Assembly: GCA_013239625.1 (NCBI GenBank)
Contig: MU054323.1
Span: forward strand, 10,943,186 to 11,007,185
Direction of reading: 5' to 3'
From: Lama guanicoe
Lineage: Eukaryota
DNA: 64,000 nt
The notes beneath the pieces were generated by a model. It was given only the letters and a program-made list of their open reading frames with translations. It was not told the origin of the DNA and did not search any database. A program made the position numbers and the translations under genes. This document shows, one piece after another, positions 39,346 through 53,406 of this stretch; the first letter of the stretch is position 1, and every line of letters starts with the position of its first letter.

Positions 39346-39590
39346 CAGAGACAGGCAAACTATACCCTACAGATCAAATCAAGTTCAAGCCCTGTTTTTG
39401 TTGGGGTTTTTTCTTTTTTTTGGACATGAAATTTTATAGGAACAGCCATACTCATTTGTTTATGTATTGTCTACGGGGCTGCTTTCATGCTACACAACCA
39501 AGTTGAGTCTTTAGGACAGAGACTGTACTGCCTGCAGACCTTAAAATATTTACTATCTGGCTCTTTGCATAAAAAGTCTGATGACTTCTT
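39346..39590. mobile_element. MER58A-like hAT-Charlie MITE
   Basis: GGAACAGCCATACTCATTTGTTTATGTATTGTCTA...TAAAATATTTACTATCTGGC. Confidence 0.8.
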
Positions 39591-39609
39591 TTTCTTTTCT
39601 ACAAGAATC

Positions 39610-39845
39610 ACATCATTTAACATTCATTCTACAAGTATTTACGGAATGCATATGTTTTAGGCATTGGGGATACAGCAGGGAACAAAAGAAACAAAAAACT
39701 CTATCCTTGTGGAGCTAGTGAGAGGAGACACACTAAACAAGTAAATGATGCAGAATCTAAAAATTGATGAATGCTATGAAAAACACAGAGGTAAGTAAAG
39801 GGTACAGGAGGTGCTGAAGAGTTGGGGAGTGGTTGCAATATAATG
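39610..39845 (-). mobile_element. L2 3' end
   Basis: CATTCATTCTACAAGTATTTA...TAGGCATTGGGGATACAGCAGGGAACAAAA. Confidence 0.75.
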
Positions 39846-41723
39846 TGTATCATGCTTTAACTAAATCACTTCATTGAACCCCAACATAATACAATGGGTT
39901 AATACTCCCTACTTCTCAGATAAAAAGGAAAATGAGAATCACAAACTGGCCCAAGACCATATGGCTAATCAATGCTTTTGTTGGGATTTAAAACTACATC
40001 TGCCTGCTCCAAAGCCCTTGTTTGTATGACAATTCCTGGAAACAAGGGCACTGGCTCAGAAAAGTAAAGTGACATCCAGTAAGTTTTCTCTTTTGATGCC
40101 AAGAGAGCCAGAGCTAGTTATCTTTATCCTTCTCAGGGTGACTTACCCAAGTACACTCTGAATTACCAGCCAAGAAAGTCTTAGAATCCTATCTTCTAAA
40201 GCCAAACTCAGACATTTACTACAGTAACCAATCAGAAATCTTAGCAGGAAATGTTTTGAGGAGTTGATTGGAATTGAGAAAAGTTAAAAATGAATGTGAA
40301 ACAGACTCAAAGAAAGCAAAAGAGCACTTTTAACACAATAAACGGGGTTGCATAGGGATGCAATTAAGTAAGCAAACATAGAATGACAATGCTACTAAAC
40401 ACATACTTCCACAGAGTGAGGAGTCTAACAACATCATAGGTACTAGTTTGCCAAGATCAGAATTTCCCAAACATGTATAATCAATTGTTCTCCCATTTCC
40501 AAAGGCCAAATTGTAATCACCTTTACATACGGGATATAGGTTTGGGTTGTAGAGAAGACGAAGAAATATCTGAGATGTATCACACAACAAAAAGACATTT
40601 TTCTCTCTTAAATGCCCATTCCAAGATGGCACAGTTCCTGTTCTTGGATGGTATGGCCTAGAGAGCACTAAGTAGGAAGCCCTGGGTTGTAAAGAGCCTG
40701 TTATTGATTCTTCCTCCAGTTAACAAAGTCCCTTGGCTAGGAGAGCTACTAAATTTCAGTGTCAAGTATTAGTACCTTTTCCTGATTATAGTGATTCAAC
40801 AGCCCCCAGTGAGGGTGAATCACAGGAAGAGATGGAGGGCTGAATGTGGCCCCAGAGCCCAGGTAGTTGTCATGTTCATGGACATCACCTGGCATTTACA
40901 TCAGCCAAGCAGCTGGGCCTTTGGAACAAATATTACCAGCATTATCCCATCTGGTCACCATCATTCCAGCCATGGCTGTTTGATCCCTGCCCTAAAAGCC
41001 AGGACACACTGAGGTTGCTCTTTGAACTGATGAAGAAAGAGAAGGGCCCAAGGACCCTGGGGGATCATAAACTGCCTGTCCCTAAAAGCACCCCCAGACA
41101 GTCTAATCCAAGGAGAGACAAAAGCATCAATGAGAAAAAGCAGAAGGGTAAAGAAGCTGAATGAAAGATTAAGTGACAAAGGAAATGATATAAATGATCT
41201 CTGGGTAACAGATTCCTAGAGAAAAGGAGGGAGGAGAAGGGGATATTCTTGCCAGGGCAGAGGTAGTTTCTTAAAAGAGCTGCACAACACCAGGAAATAG
41301 CCACAGTTGCTTGGCACTTGTAATAGCAATCCCCATAATAGACTTTTTAAAGACTGCTCCACCCATAGGACAGGAGTGGATACCTGATCCCCTCAAATGA
41401 TCAGCAATACCAAATAAGGACAATTAGAGACTGAGCCAGTCAACCATGAGGAGTCAATCTGGGAGGTGTTTAGGTTCAGATGCTCCACTCTGTGAAGGCT
41501 GGGATGGACTCTAGGCAAACAGATGTAGAAATAGATGCTCAGAAGGAGAGAGAAGTGGCCATGCAGCCCTAGGAGCAGAGAACAGAGTAGACTGACACAC
41601 TAGGTTCCTCTCACTCAGTGAGAAGCCAAGTTCTATTATCAGGAGCTCCCTCAGAACTTGAGTTTGTTTGAATGAGTTTCTTGTCTTCAAAATAGAATGA
41701 TTCTGGACTAAAGGATTTTGTCC

Positions 41724-42104
41724 TGTTAAAGTAGCCTGATTAGGCCCAAAATGGAAACACTCATGCTAAACCTCAAGTCAGCAAACCAAGTTTCTATGTT
41801 CAGCTCTCCCAGAAAAGGCAGGCCTGGTCAACCAATCAGCACTTGCCTGCTTAACATAAGTTACCTGACGAGGTTCCAAAATTCTCTCTACTCCATATAA
41901 GAAAAGTAACCCAGCTTTAACCACTCAGCAAATGTCAGTGTAACTTCTTTGTTTCTGCTCACTTTGATTTATGAAAATTTCTCACCTTGCACAGCTCCTC
42001 AGAGCTCCTTTCTGTCTGCTAGATTGGATGCTGCCCAATTCACAAATTACTGAAGAAAAACCTACCAGACCAGTAAATTTTCTGTAGATATTTTTCTTTT
42101 AACA
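41724..42104 (+). mobile_element. ERV1-type solo LTR
   Basis: Perfect inverted termini TGTTAAA...TTTAACA, CCAAT box (AACCAATCAG), 4-bp TSD GTCC/GTTC. Confidence 0.75.
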
Positions 42105-42773
42105 GTTCTCTGCTGTCCTTTGTAGAGTTTTGCAGATAAGGGGAAGAAACTGTCTTCTTTTTGTGGGGTGGGGGAAAGTACAGCAAAACAAATGCTGTCA
42201 TGGATTCAGTGACTCTGATTTCATAAATAGGTTCTGAACTATTTCACAGTGTGACTTCGGGCTAGTCATAACCCCTCTCCTGGTGTTGCAAGTTTCCTCA
42301 TCAATAAAAGGAGGAATGGTTCCCAGCCTGACATCTATGAACTCATCCTACAAGTCCTTGTAGGCAATAATAGGGATTCATTATATAACATATCACTAAA
42401 ATCCTAACAGAAAGCATATATTTTTCTACCAGAAGGATGCAGAGGCCACCTTCTCCTTCCTGTGCATAGCTCTGTGTGGCATTCCACATACACCAGCTTT
42501 GTGCACCTGACTGTTGCCCTCATCAGAATTGTGAGCTCTTTGCAGGGAAGGGCTGAGTCTAACGCACACCATATAAGTAACAGAAACACTCTGCTAGATA
42601 ACCCAGAAAAGGGAGAGCTGAATGTTAAGACTATTGCACCTTAAAGTTGTAAGTGACCTCTGGAAGTGACCTCAAAGACCCCCTAAGACACTCACATCAG
42701 GTGAACCACTTCATTTCCACAGGCTTCAGTTCCTTCATTTGTCAAATAAGAGGCACAGTCACTTTCTAGCTCT

Positions 42774-43118
42774 GTGTTTTGGTTTTCTACTGCCGTGGAA
42801 CAAACTGCCACAAACTTACCAGCTTAAAACAAGACCCATAGTTCTGAAGGTCAGAATTCCAGGCCATGAGCATGGCTGGGCTCGCTGCTCAGGATATCAT
42901 ATGCTTAAATCAATGTATCAGCCAGAGAAAATTCTGCTTTTAAAAGGGCTCATGTGATTAGGTGAGGTCCACCTAGATAATCTCTTTATCTTAAGGTAAA
43001 CTGACTAGTAATGTTAGTTACATCTGCAAAATTCCTTTTGCAATGTAAGATACGTAATCACAGGAGTAATATGAGCGGTGAAAGTTATGGGGGCCATTTT
43101 AGAATTCAGGCTGCCACA
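42774..43118 (-). mobile_element. MLT1D/E-like MaLR LTR (internally deleted)
   Basis: AACAAACTGCCACAAACTTA..AGCTTAAAACAA; GGGCTCATGTGATTAGG; TTACATCTGCAAAATTCC; GGGGGCCATTTTAGAATTC. Confidence 0.75.
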
Positions 43119-44024
43119 CTCTATCATAGTTATAATTATTCCAATACTTTTTTTCTCCTTCTTTCACCATTTCTCATCTATTACATGTGAGTGAGGATAC
43201 CAGCCTCTCTCACTTCATTTGCCCTTAACATCATTATGGAGTAATGTCAGTGTTTTAAGCATCAATGGAGTTAGTTGTTAAATGAGTATCATTACTTGAA
43301 AATAAAGGAGAGAAGAAATAAATATCTCTGAATTTTATGAAAAATAGATTTCTACACTACTGATCCCCTGAATAATAGTAACAATGAGAAATCTTCCCAT
43401 TCTTAAGATTTTGTAATTACATTTGTCAAAGCATTTTCTGCAAAATATGAATCCTGCCAGGATCCCCCTAATAAAAAGGCTCCAGTCAAATCAGTTTCTT
43501 AAATGCTGCACAGAATATCTTCAACCTCTGCCCACCCTACCCCCTCCACTCCATAATTTACAATGTGCATTAATATACTAAACATGTGAGAAACCATAGT
43601 TAGTAAATATACATGGCCACAAATCCCTCTTATCTCTTATTTTTCAATCTGTTCATACAAATTCTAACTACAACAAAAGCCCCATAAGAGCATAGATTTT
43701 GTTTGGTTTCCTGTTGTAATCACAGTACCTATAACAAAGCTGGGCTTAATAAATGGTTATTGAGAAAATAAATAAAACAGTGAACACATTTTGGGAACTA
43801 GAATCATTTTAGGATCTAGAATCACATATGAGCTAGTCCAGATCACAAAGGCTGATCTCAAGTTTAAAGGTAGAAGAGATCAGTGGCTTGAACTCAGACT
43901 GATGTCCAAACCAGCAAACCAGGCAGTAAAAAGTTATTCACAAGATCAAAGGCACTGGTAAGTTAGTGCAACTCTCCACGGGCACCCAAAGTTGATGGCC
44001 TGTGCAGCCCTCACAGAGTCAAGT

Positions 44025-44195
44025 TAAAGCAAAGCTTCTTGAACTTTACTGTGCAAAGGAACCACCTGGGACTTTTGTTAAAATGTAGATTCTGATTCAG
44101 TAGGTCTGAGGTGGGGACTGAGATTCTGCATGCCTAATAAGTCTGAGGTGAAAGGATGCTGTTAGTCCACGGATTATACTTCAAGAAGCAAGTGG
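44025..44195. mobile_element. MER5A-like MITE
   Basis: TTGTTAAAATGTAGATTCTGATTCAGTAGGTCTGAGGTGGGG.CTGAGATTCTGCAT. Confidence 0.8.
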
Positions 44196-45394
44196 TAGAG
44201 GATCCCTGACATTGAGGGTTGCTAGCACTTGTGGATCCATTCTAAAACAATGTAAGGAAATTCTTGCTGCATCACAGTGGTATGTTTTGTCTTCTCTTTC
44301 TTAGAGAGTTATTGGTCCCACAGTAGGCCAGGACCCATCACAGTCATGGAAGCAAACCTGACCTTGTGCTCCGCAAAAAAACATTTATTTGTGTAGTAGT
44401 CTAAATTTTCTTCTACAGTATGGTTTTTAATGGCTGCATGATACTCCGTTTTATAAAATTACAGTACTTTATTTACTAAGATCCCCATGTGATATTTATA
44501 TTGGTTAACATTAAAAAACATTAGGTTGGTTTTTCACTATGACTTACAAAATGAGATGAAAACCTTGTAACTTAAACTGTTCATGTACTTAATTTTTCCT
44601 TAAAATAAAATCATGCAAGTGGAAATACTTCATTTAAAGTTATGCCTTTGAATTTTTTTTACTTCTATTTTGCCCTCTTAATTTCTAGCTCCAAATGTCA
44701 CAAGTGTATAAAGGGGGGGGCACGTGTGTGTGTATGCGTGTGTAAAAGAGTAAGATAGTAAGAGGAAGAAAAAAAGACTTAAAGAAATCAAGACAAAAAT
44801 GTATTATTTCTCATAAGCATTAACACAACTTTTATTTTGTTCCAACTTTTCTTTGCCCAGGATAGAGAAAAAGTTTACTATTTCTTCTTATTGCTGAGCC
44901 CTAAACCTTTGGAAGATTGTCTAAAAATAGCAACCACAGAGTAGGCAAAATACTGTCATTCAATAAGGAATATTTACATTTTCATCATTTATACTCCAGA
45001 AATAATTTGTGGAAATCATTCTCTTCACCAACACATTAAACAAGGGCATGGGGGGAAGAGGGCACTAAAGAATCTATAAAAATATAAATAAACAAGCATG
45101 CAAATTTTTTCTGGAAAGAACTCTAGCCAAAAATTTTAGATACTTTTTTTGTGATCCAAAATAGGATTGTCTTTTAAAATGTTTTTTAAAATAATCAAAT
45201 CTGATCTGGATTTAAGTTTTTACCCCCACTTTACCCCAATACTTCCAGAAAAGGTTTGCTCAACTACATCTAAGAGTTCACATGCAGAACTACTGAAAGT
45301 CCTGTAAATTAGCCACAAAAATTCATGCCACCACATACTGCCACCATGAAGGAAGGAAAACAATTAGACTACAACACTTTATAAGGGTCCCATA

Positions 45395-48300
45395 TTTTAT
45401 TGAAGTATAAATTACTTTTAATTCATCCATTTAGGGTGTGTAGTTTAAAAAGTTCTCTTATACATATTTGCAGCCATTCCCTGGAACTGGTGTTGTACAC
45501 TTACCTACTTTCTGCAACGACAGTTTCGCCTTTTCCAGAATCACTAACATCTAAATGGAATTACAAGGTACAAAGTCTTTTGTGGCTGACATGTTTAATT
45601 TATCATGATGGTTTGGATGGTTTGAAGATTCATCCATGTTGTTGTATGTATGAGTAGTTCTTCCCTTTTTATTGCTGAGCGATATTGCATTGTACAGACA
45701 TTCTAAATTTTGTTTACCCATCCACTAGTTGGTTGACACTGGGTTGTTTCTAATTTTAGGGTATTATGAACAATGCCTCCATGTGTGGTCAGGGTTTTTT
45801 TCCCTCTTGGGTAGCTAGTAGGCAGAATTGCTGGGTCATAGGATAAATGCATGTTTAACTTTATTTAAAAAAAAAACACACACACAGTTGCCTAACTTGT
45901 TTTGAAGAAGGCTGTATCATTTTTCATTTCCACTAGAAATACGAGAATTTTAGTTGTTCCATATTATTTTCAACACTTTATTACTGTCAATCTTTTTCGC
46001 CACTTGCGGCAATATGAGTAGTTATCTCATAGAGGTTTTATTTGCATTTCCCTAATAACTAATGATGCTCAGCATCTTTTCATGTCCTTGCTGGCCATTT
46101 CTATATTTTCTTTTGTAAAACGTCTGTTTAAATCTTTTGCCCATTTTTAAAACTGTCTTCTCTTACTGAGTTGTAGAAGAGTTCCTTGCATTTTTGATTA
46201 AGTGCTTTATCAGATACATATTTTGCAAATACTTTTTCCCATCCATGACTTTTCATTCCTTTTCTTAACAGTCTTTGTATGAGCAAAAGTTTTTAACTTT
46301 GATAAAATCCAATTTATAATTTTTCTCTTTTATGGTTTAAGGTTTTTTCGTCCTATCAAAGAACCCTTTGCCTAAACCAACTGTTAAAAGATCTTTTTAT
46401 GGTTGCTTACAAATTTGTTATGATTTTAACACTTCTTAATCCATTTTTAATTAATTTCTGTGTATAACATGAAGTAAGAGTCAAAGTTCATTTTTTCATA
46501 TAAATAACCATTTGTTCCAGTACCACATATTGCAAAAATTATTCTTTCACTACTAAATTATCTTAAAACCTTTACTTAAAATCAATTGACCACATAAGAG
46601 TGATCTGTTTCCAGACTCTCAATTATGTGCCAATAATCTACAAGTCTATACTTATGCCAATATCATACTGGCTTGATCACGGAAACTTTAGAGTAATTAC
46701 TGAAATCAGGAAATGTAAACCCTTCAATATATTTTTAATTATATTGACTTTTCTGGGTCCTCTGTATTTCCATATAAATTTTAGAACCAGCTTGTCAATT
46801 TCTTTTTTTAAAAAAAAGCTTACTGGAATACTGAATGAGAATACATGAATTTACAGATCAATCTTGGGAGAGTAGTCATCTTTACAATATTGTGTATTCC
46901 AATCAATGAACCTGGCATAGCTCTCTATTTATTCTCTAATTTCTCTCAACAGTGTTGCATTTTTTCAGTGTAGAGCTCTTGCAAAAGCCTTTTTAAAACT
47001 TATTTCTGAGTATTTTGTGCTATGGTGTATGAAATTTCTAAAATTTTATTTCTGGTTTGTTATTTGCTAGCATACCAAAATAAAGCTAATTTGGGTTTAT
47101 TGACCTCATATCATGCAATCTTACTAAAATCAGTTTGTTCTAGTACCTTTTTTTGGAAATCCCTTAGAACATTCTACATACATGCTAATATTATTTTCAA
47201 ATAAAGTTTTATTTCTTCCTTTAAAATCTCTAGGCCTTCTGTTTCTTTTTCTTGCCTATTGCACTGGCTAAGACCTCCATTACAATGTTGAATAGAAGTC
47301 ATGAAAGCAGATTCTTCCTTTATTCCTGATCTTTGATGGAACACATTCACTGTTAAGTGTGATATTAGCTGTCGGTTTTCATAAATGCCCTTTCTCAAAT
47401 GAAGGATGTTCCATCTTTTCTATCGCTAGCTTGTTGATATTTTTTATCATAAATGTTTGTCAAATTTTCTTAAAGGCATTTTCTGCATTTATTTAGATGT
47501 TTAAATGGTTTTTACCTTTTATCTTATTAACATAGTGTATACTTTGATTGATTTGATGTTAAATCACTTTGAATTCATAGATAAACTCCACTTGCTCATG
47601 GTATACTGTCTGTCATTTTTACGTATTGCTGGATTCAGTCTGTTTATACTTTGTGAAGATTTTAAAATCTGTGCTCATGATGGATAACAGCCTGTGGTTT
47701 TCTATTCTTGTTACAGCTTATCTGGGTTTGGTATCAGGGTAATACTGGCCTCATAACATGAGTTGCACAGTGGTCCTTCTTCCTCAATTTTCTGCAAGAG
47801 TTTGCATAGGATTGCTATTATTTATTCATTAAATGCTTGATGAAATTCACCAATAAAGCTACCTGGGCTTGAAAGGTTTATGTTTTTCTAATTATGAATC
47901 AATGTACTCAATAGATTTGAGGCAATTTGGTTTCTTTCTTTACAAGTGAGCTTTGGTAATTTATGTCTTCCAAGAAATTTATCCATTTTACCTAAGTTGT
48001 CAAGTTTGTTGGCATAAAATTTTTCATACTATTACTTCATTATCCTTCAATGTTTGTAAATCTATAGTGATGTTACTGTTTCATTTCTGATACTGATAAT
48101 CTCTCTTGCTCTCTCTGTTTCAATCTCTCAATCTCTCTCTCTCTCTGCCATCAGTCTAACAAAAGTTTTATCAACTTTACTAATCTTCTCACAGCATGAA
48201 CTTCTGATTTCATTCATTTTCACTAATACTTGTCTGTTTCATATTTCATTGATTTCCTCTCTGATCTTTATTCTTTTCTTCCTTCTACCTCCTTTAGGTT

Positions 48301-48605
48301 TAATTTGCCCTTTATTTCTTAAGGTGGAAGATTAGATCATTGATTTTAATCCTTTGTGCTTTTCTAATGGAAACATTTAAAGCTATCAATTTCCCTCTAA
48401 CCATTTTTTCAGGTGCATTTTATAAATATTTATATATTATATTTTCATTTTTCATTTAGTTCAAAATACTCCCTAATTTTCCATGTGATTTCTTCTTTGA
48501 TCCACATATTATTTAAAAGTATGTTGTTTAAATTTTCATATATTTTGGAGTTTTTCAAATTTCTTCTGTTTTGATTTCTAATTAAATTCCATTGTGGTCC
48601 AGTAA
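45395..48605 (-). mobile_element. Old L1M, ~3.2 kb of decayed ORF2 and 3' end
   Basis: T-rich antisense L1 landmarks (TTTGCATTTCCCTAATAACTAATGATG; GGTTTGGTATCAGGGTAATACTGGCCTCATA; TTTAAAGCTATCAATTTCCCTCTA). Confidence 0.85.
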
Positions 48606-50789
48606 TTTTAAGTTTCTAAGTAGAGAGTCATTTCTTTTATGGAAATTAAGAATAGCTTTATTATATACAATGAGAAAAAGGAAGAGTGCCAGCAAGAAAA
48701 ACCAATTGTTCCCACACCACATACTGAAAAGGTTCTCCTTTCACCACTGAAGTACTTTGACACCTTTACTGAAAACCAGTTGACCATATAAAGATGATCT
48801 GTTCCAAGACTCTCAATTCTATACCAATGATCTACAAGTCTATCCTTATTCCAATACCATATCCACTTGATCACTGTAACTTTACAGTCCAATGAGTCTA
48901 AGTTTCCAAGGAGAGAGTCATTTCTTACATGGAAATCAAGAATACCTTTACATTTAATGAAAAACAGGAAAAGTACTCAGCAAGTCCTTTACCTTCTACA
49001 AACATATATTCCTTCTAAAATTCACAGATGCTTGAGAGCATACTCTGCCCATGTGAGCAGTAAACTATTACACAGATTAGATGTCCTTTTCTTAATAACG
49101 TTTTCCCCAAACATCCCAAGCAGAATGACATCCTTTGACCTCTCAGCTTCATTCCAAGACACTTGTTCCCTGCGTTTAGTGTGATGGCTAAAACCAAGAT
49201 GAAACTACAGAGGTCCAAATCTAGCTTTGACTGTCCTCTGCTCTGGGTTGTTTTAGTGAGTTACTACAGCTGATATTACTGCCTTTATGCCTTTCATTCT
49301 TAGATTCAAGACAATTGCAGCAGATAAAGGCAAACTACTTTTCATGCCTTACTGAAACCTTTAACTGTACTCTCTTCAGTACTTTTGGAATACCTTTTCA
49401 GTCATTCTGTAGTTAATATGTGGTTAGAGTCCAAAAGACATCATCATACAAAATGTTTTTCATTTCAGGGCCTGATCAATTTTTGTTCAAATTAAGTAAA
49501 AAAAAAAATGTAACATCCCCAAAGCTATTTTAAGCTGGCATAAAATAACCTAAAAAAATTCTTCCTCAGAACTCTGAACAATTCAAAATGGGACTGAAAT
49601 AATGGAAATTTCAATACTAACCACAATCTTATCCCCTGGTATAGTGTAATTTCTGAGCAACAACTACTGTAAATGACTAATCTGCATCTCCTTGTTTTAA
49701 TCATGAGTGGTTTGATTTAAATATATATATGTATATTATGTATTTATTTAAAAGTGTATGGCATGAGAAGTAAAATCATCTACCCTCACTCTACCTGAAT
49801 TCCCATTTCCCAGAGGAAAATGCTGATTAAAATTTGACTGCTATTGGTAATGTTTTAAAAGTGTTACTTAGTAGTCTTTCAAAGGCTATTGACAAGTTAT
49901 GGATGTGATTTTCCAGGTAGATGGAATCCTAGCAATTTATTTCTGATTCCAACTCAAACTTCACTAAAATGACAGTAAAGAAATAAAAAGGACACTGGCC
50001 CACAAAGACAAAGAAAACAGTATCAACAAAGTTCTTTGAAGATGAAAAGCAAGTCAACAAGCACCTTTCAATCCTAACCTGGATTTCAGATTTGTCTACT
50101 TCCCCTGCTTGGGAGGTAAATCCAATTTGCTTTCTAGGACCTCACTCAATATAAATGATTGGCCAAAAATCACCAGTCATTTGAGGAAATGGAAGTCCAT
50201 AGATAACATATAAAATTGAAAACTCACTAAGAGCAGTAAATTGTATGTTAATAGAAACAGGCGATCAAAAGAAAACAATAAAAGTAAAGAGTTGGAAGTC
50301 TTTACCAATGGTGAGCGGAACTCTAAGGTGAATGGGGTAAACAGGGACCTACAGTTTTTCAACATAAACTTTGTTGATGTTTTAAAATTATACATATATG
50401 TTAATTTGACAAAAATTAAAACTATGCTTCTAAGAAGCCACTAAGTTGTTGGTTTAACAGGACTTTTTATTTCTCTCACCCTTGGCAGTGTTTTTGCTCT
50501 TACTTTAAGAAGACAGCTTCAGGTGGTTAATTGGTAGTTTTACATATTTGTAACATTCTTTGTGCACCTATGTATCACTTGGAGAGTTCCCAACTTCATG
50601 ATGTAACAAAGAAACAAATTTTAATCAGGAGACAAATACCCTGTTGCAGTCATACACGAATATTTATCTATTATAGCCTCCCATCCAGCTACAGATATAA
50701 AGGTTCTTATTTTATCAGTTGGCAAAACAAATGCTCTAGCTTCACTACCTTCGGATCTTCAGTAGGACCTGATTCACATGTGTCAAGTG

Positions 50790-51015
50790 TTTACAATGCA
50801 CTACACCCTGGGCTAAAGCCCCTTCTATGCATTATTACACTTAATCCTCACAAAAACTCTACGACGTAAGTACCATTATTTATTCCCCATTTTACAGCTA
50901 AGGAAACTCAGACCTAGAGAGGTTAAATACCGAATCCAAACTCATCCAATTAGTAAATGACAGACCCAGTTTTGTCAGACTTCAAAATCTATGCTGCTAT
51001 CCACTACACTATTCT
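50790..51015 (-). mobile_element. MIR SINE
   Basis: TTAATCCTCACAA...CCCCATTTTACAGCTAAGGAAACTCAG..TAGAGAGGTTAA. Confidence 0.8.
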
Positions 51016-51291
51016 GCTTCTCTTGTGTTTCATAGCAAAATTGTTCTGCCATTGTATCTGGTTCCCGTTTCAGTACTGCTGCACAACACTGGTTGAGATG
51101 TTGTCACCAAGGCAATGATTCTTTTCCCCACATATTGTCCATCTATGTGTAAGTGCTGTGAAATAAAAGCATCATTGTTTCTCCTTTACTCCAGTGCCAT
51201 TTCCCACTCAGTAAGACTGTGAAGAAATTCCCTCAAAAAGAGCCTGCAGGGAAAATGAAATGGTCTTCATAATTTAAACATCTCCTTTAAG

Positions 51292-51356
51292 GATGCTGTT
51301 AAGGCTACTCAGCGAGACATCCAAGAAGAGAGAACTCTTGGGAGAGCTTGGCCAAG
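51292..51356 (+). other. Possible isolated 65-nt exon
   Basis: catctcctttaag|GATGCT...CCAAG|gtatgt; two open frames (DAVKATQRDIQEERTLGRAWP or MLLRLLSETSKKRELLGELGQ); product not recognised. Confidence 0.2.
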
Positions 51357-53237
51357 GTATGTCCTGATATCCAGGTGTCATCCTGTCTACAATGATGGTA
51401 GACAGAGGCATAGGAATTTCGTTCCCTGGAATATTTGATTTCTTGAGGATATCAAGGTGACAATGCTGGGATCATAAAAGCATTGTAGAAAAATATCTGG
51501 GTGGAGAACATGGGTAAAGTTCCTGGCAAACTCATCACCATGTTCCTCTCATTCACAGCCAAATACAACTACAAGACAGTTTTCACACACACACCAGTAT
51601 GTGCTCTGTTCTGCTTGCAGCCTTTGGAAACAAACATTTCCTTGATAGCATTTGCAAATCATGTTTTGCTTTATTTCTCCAGAATAATCTGCACTGCAGA
51701 AGTTCTTACATATGTCAAAATTGATCTTATCATTTTGCTTGGAGGAGGGAGGCAGAGAAGAAGACTCTAATTAAGAAGCTAGTTTAAACCAGAAGATGTA
51801 TAAATATTATAATGACATCCTCTTGGCATAATGCTCAAGAACCTCCTGTTCCTTCAGGCTTCACCTCATTTCTAAAGTGTAGGTGATTTTGCACTAAACA
51901 TCAGGTTCTGACATGAAAAATATGGCAATACAGCTGAAATATAGCTTAATATCCTGAATTTTGGTAATACTAACACCTTAACTGTTATTGCGTATTATAC
52001 TTATGTTAGCTAACTGCTTCTCATAACAACACTGTGAGGATGCAGACAGAAGTATTACCTTGTGCATTGTCCTATGGATGGTTGTGCACATCTATCCACT
52101 TTACCTGATTGTGGGCTCCTTGAGGGGAGAGACTAGAGTCCATTAAGTGATATCCACTGAGCAATAGTGATATGGTGATGGGAGATGGGACCAAATCATG
52201 AAAAGACAATGGGTCATGCCTTAGCTTCTCTGGGCCTCAGACCTGGAAGTTGCCAAGCACAGCAAGTACTTGAATGGATAGTCTCCATTCACATGCAGAA
52301 TGCAGAATGGGCTGAGCCACATCTCTGCACTCAGTTCTGCTCCTCTGTAACTGCTTGAATAAGCCAGGATTCTGTAAGACACAAGGTCTAAGTTCAGGGA
52401 CTTTTTTTTCCTCCTGTTTCCCTTCTAGGAGTCTCCAAACTTCTGCCTCCTCCTAGGCTTAAATTCTTAGGCTAATTACAATGCATTGTTATTCTTGTTG
52501 GGTTGAGAACGTTGGACAGGGAGTTGGCACATAAATAAATTATGACGAGCACACAAACAAACATTTTGAATAATCACATCCTCTATAATATCCTCACTTC
52601 ACTATCACTATATAAACTTGCACACACACAGTTTTAAATGCTCCTAAGAAATGCTTTCCTAAAGTAGGTTATGTCATAAATGTCAAAAGGCAGTATCCAA
52701 CAGAGACTCTGGTAAGACAGAAACCTTTACACCTGACTCATCTGGAAGCCTGTGAGGCCTGGACTTCTTCCTAGCTCCATGTCCACTGCTTTTGGCCTGG
52801 GCCTGGCACCACTGCCCTATATGTCTCCAAGGCCTGCAATCTTGCTCAATAAGGCTGCCATAATTCTAACAGCTGCTACAGCATTGGTACCTACACCCTT
52901 CACCCCAAATCTTCACACAATAACACCAATACCACCACGCAGCTAGGACCATAGCTACCTGACTCCACCCCCTGCACAGTCTTGGCTAGTTATTCCACCA
53001 GAGTTCAAAGCCGCTGTGGCACTGTCTGCCAGAGGATCATTTTATCCTTCACTCTCTATCTTTCCCTTACCTCTCTTCCACAAAGCCATCATTGTGGGCA
53101 ACCCCTCTGCCACCACCAAGACCTCTTCCTGACTAGCCAACTGAATTGCACACTAATGCTCAAGCTCCCACATGTATCATAGTTTACTTGGGACATAGTT
53201 TATCATCACAGTTTTCACAGTTTACTTAGCATTCCTC

Positions 53238-53406
53238 TGGTGGTTCTCAGCCCTGGATATATTAGAATCACCTGGAGAACTTTGAAAACCTAGTGATGCT
53301 TGCACCTCACACCTGGAGATGCTGTTTCAATTGGTCTGGGGTAGGGCCCCAGCACTGCTATGCTTTACAAGGGACTCTAATGAACATCCAGGGTTGAGAA
53401 CTACTG
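53238..53406. mobile_element. MER5B-like MITE
   Basis: GTGGTTCTCAGCCCTGG...ATTAGAATCACCTGGAGAACTTT...CCAGGGTTGAGAACTACTG. Confidence 0.75.
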
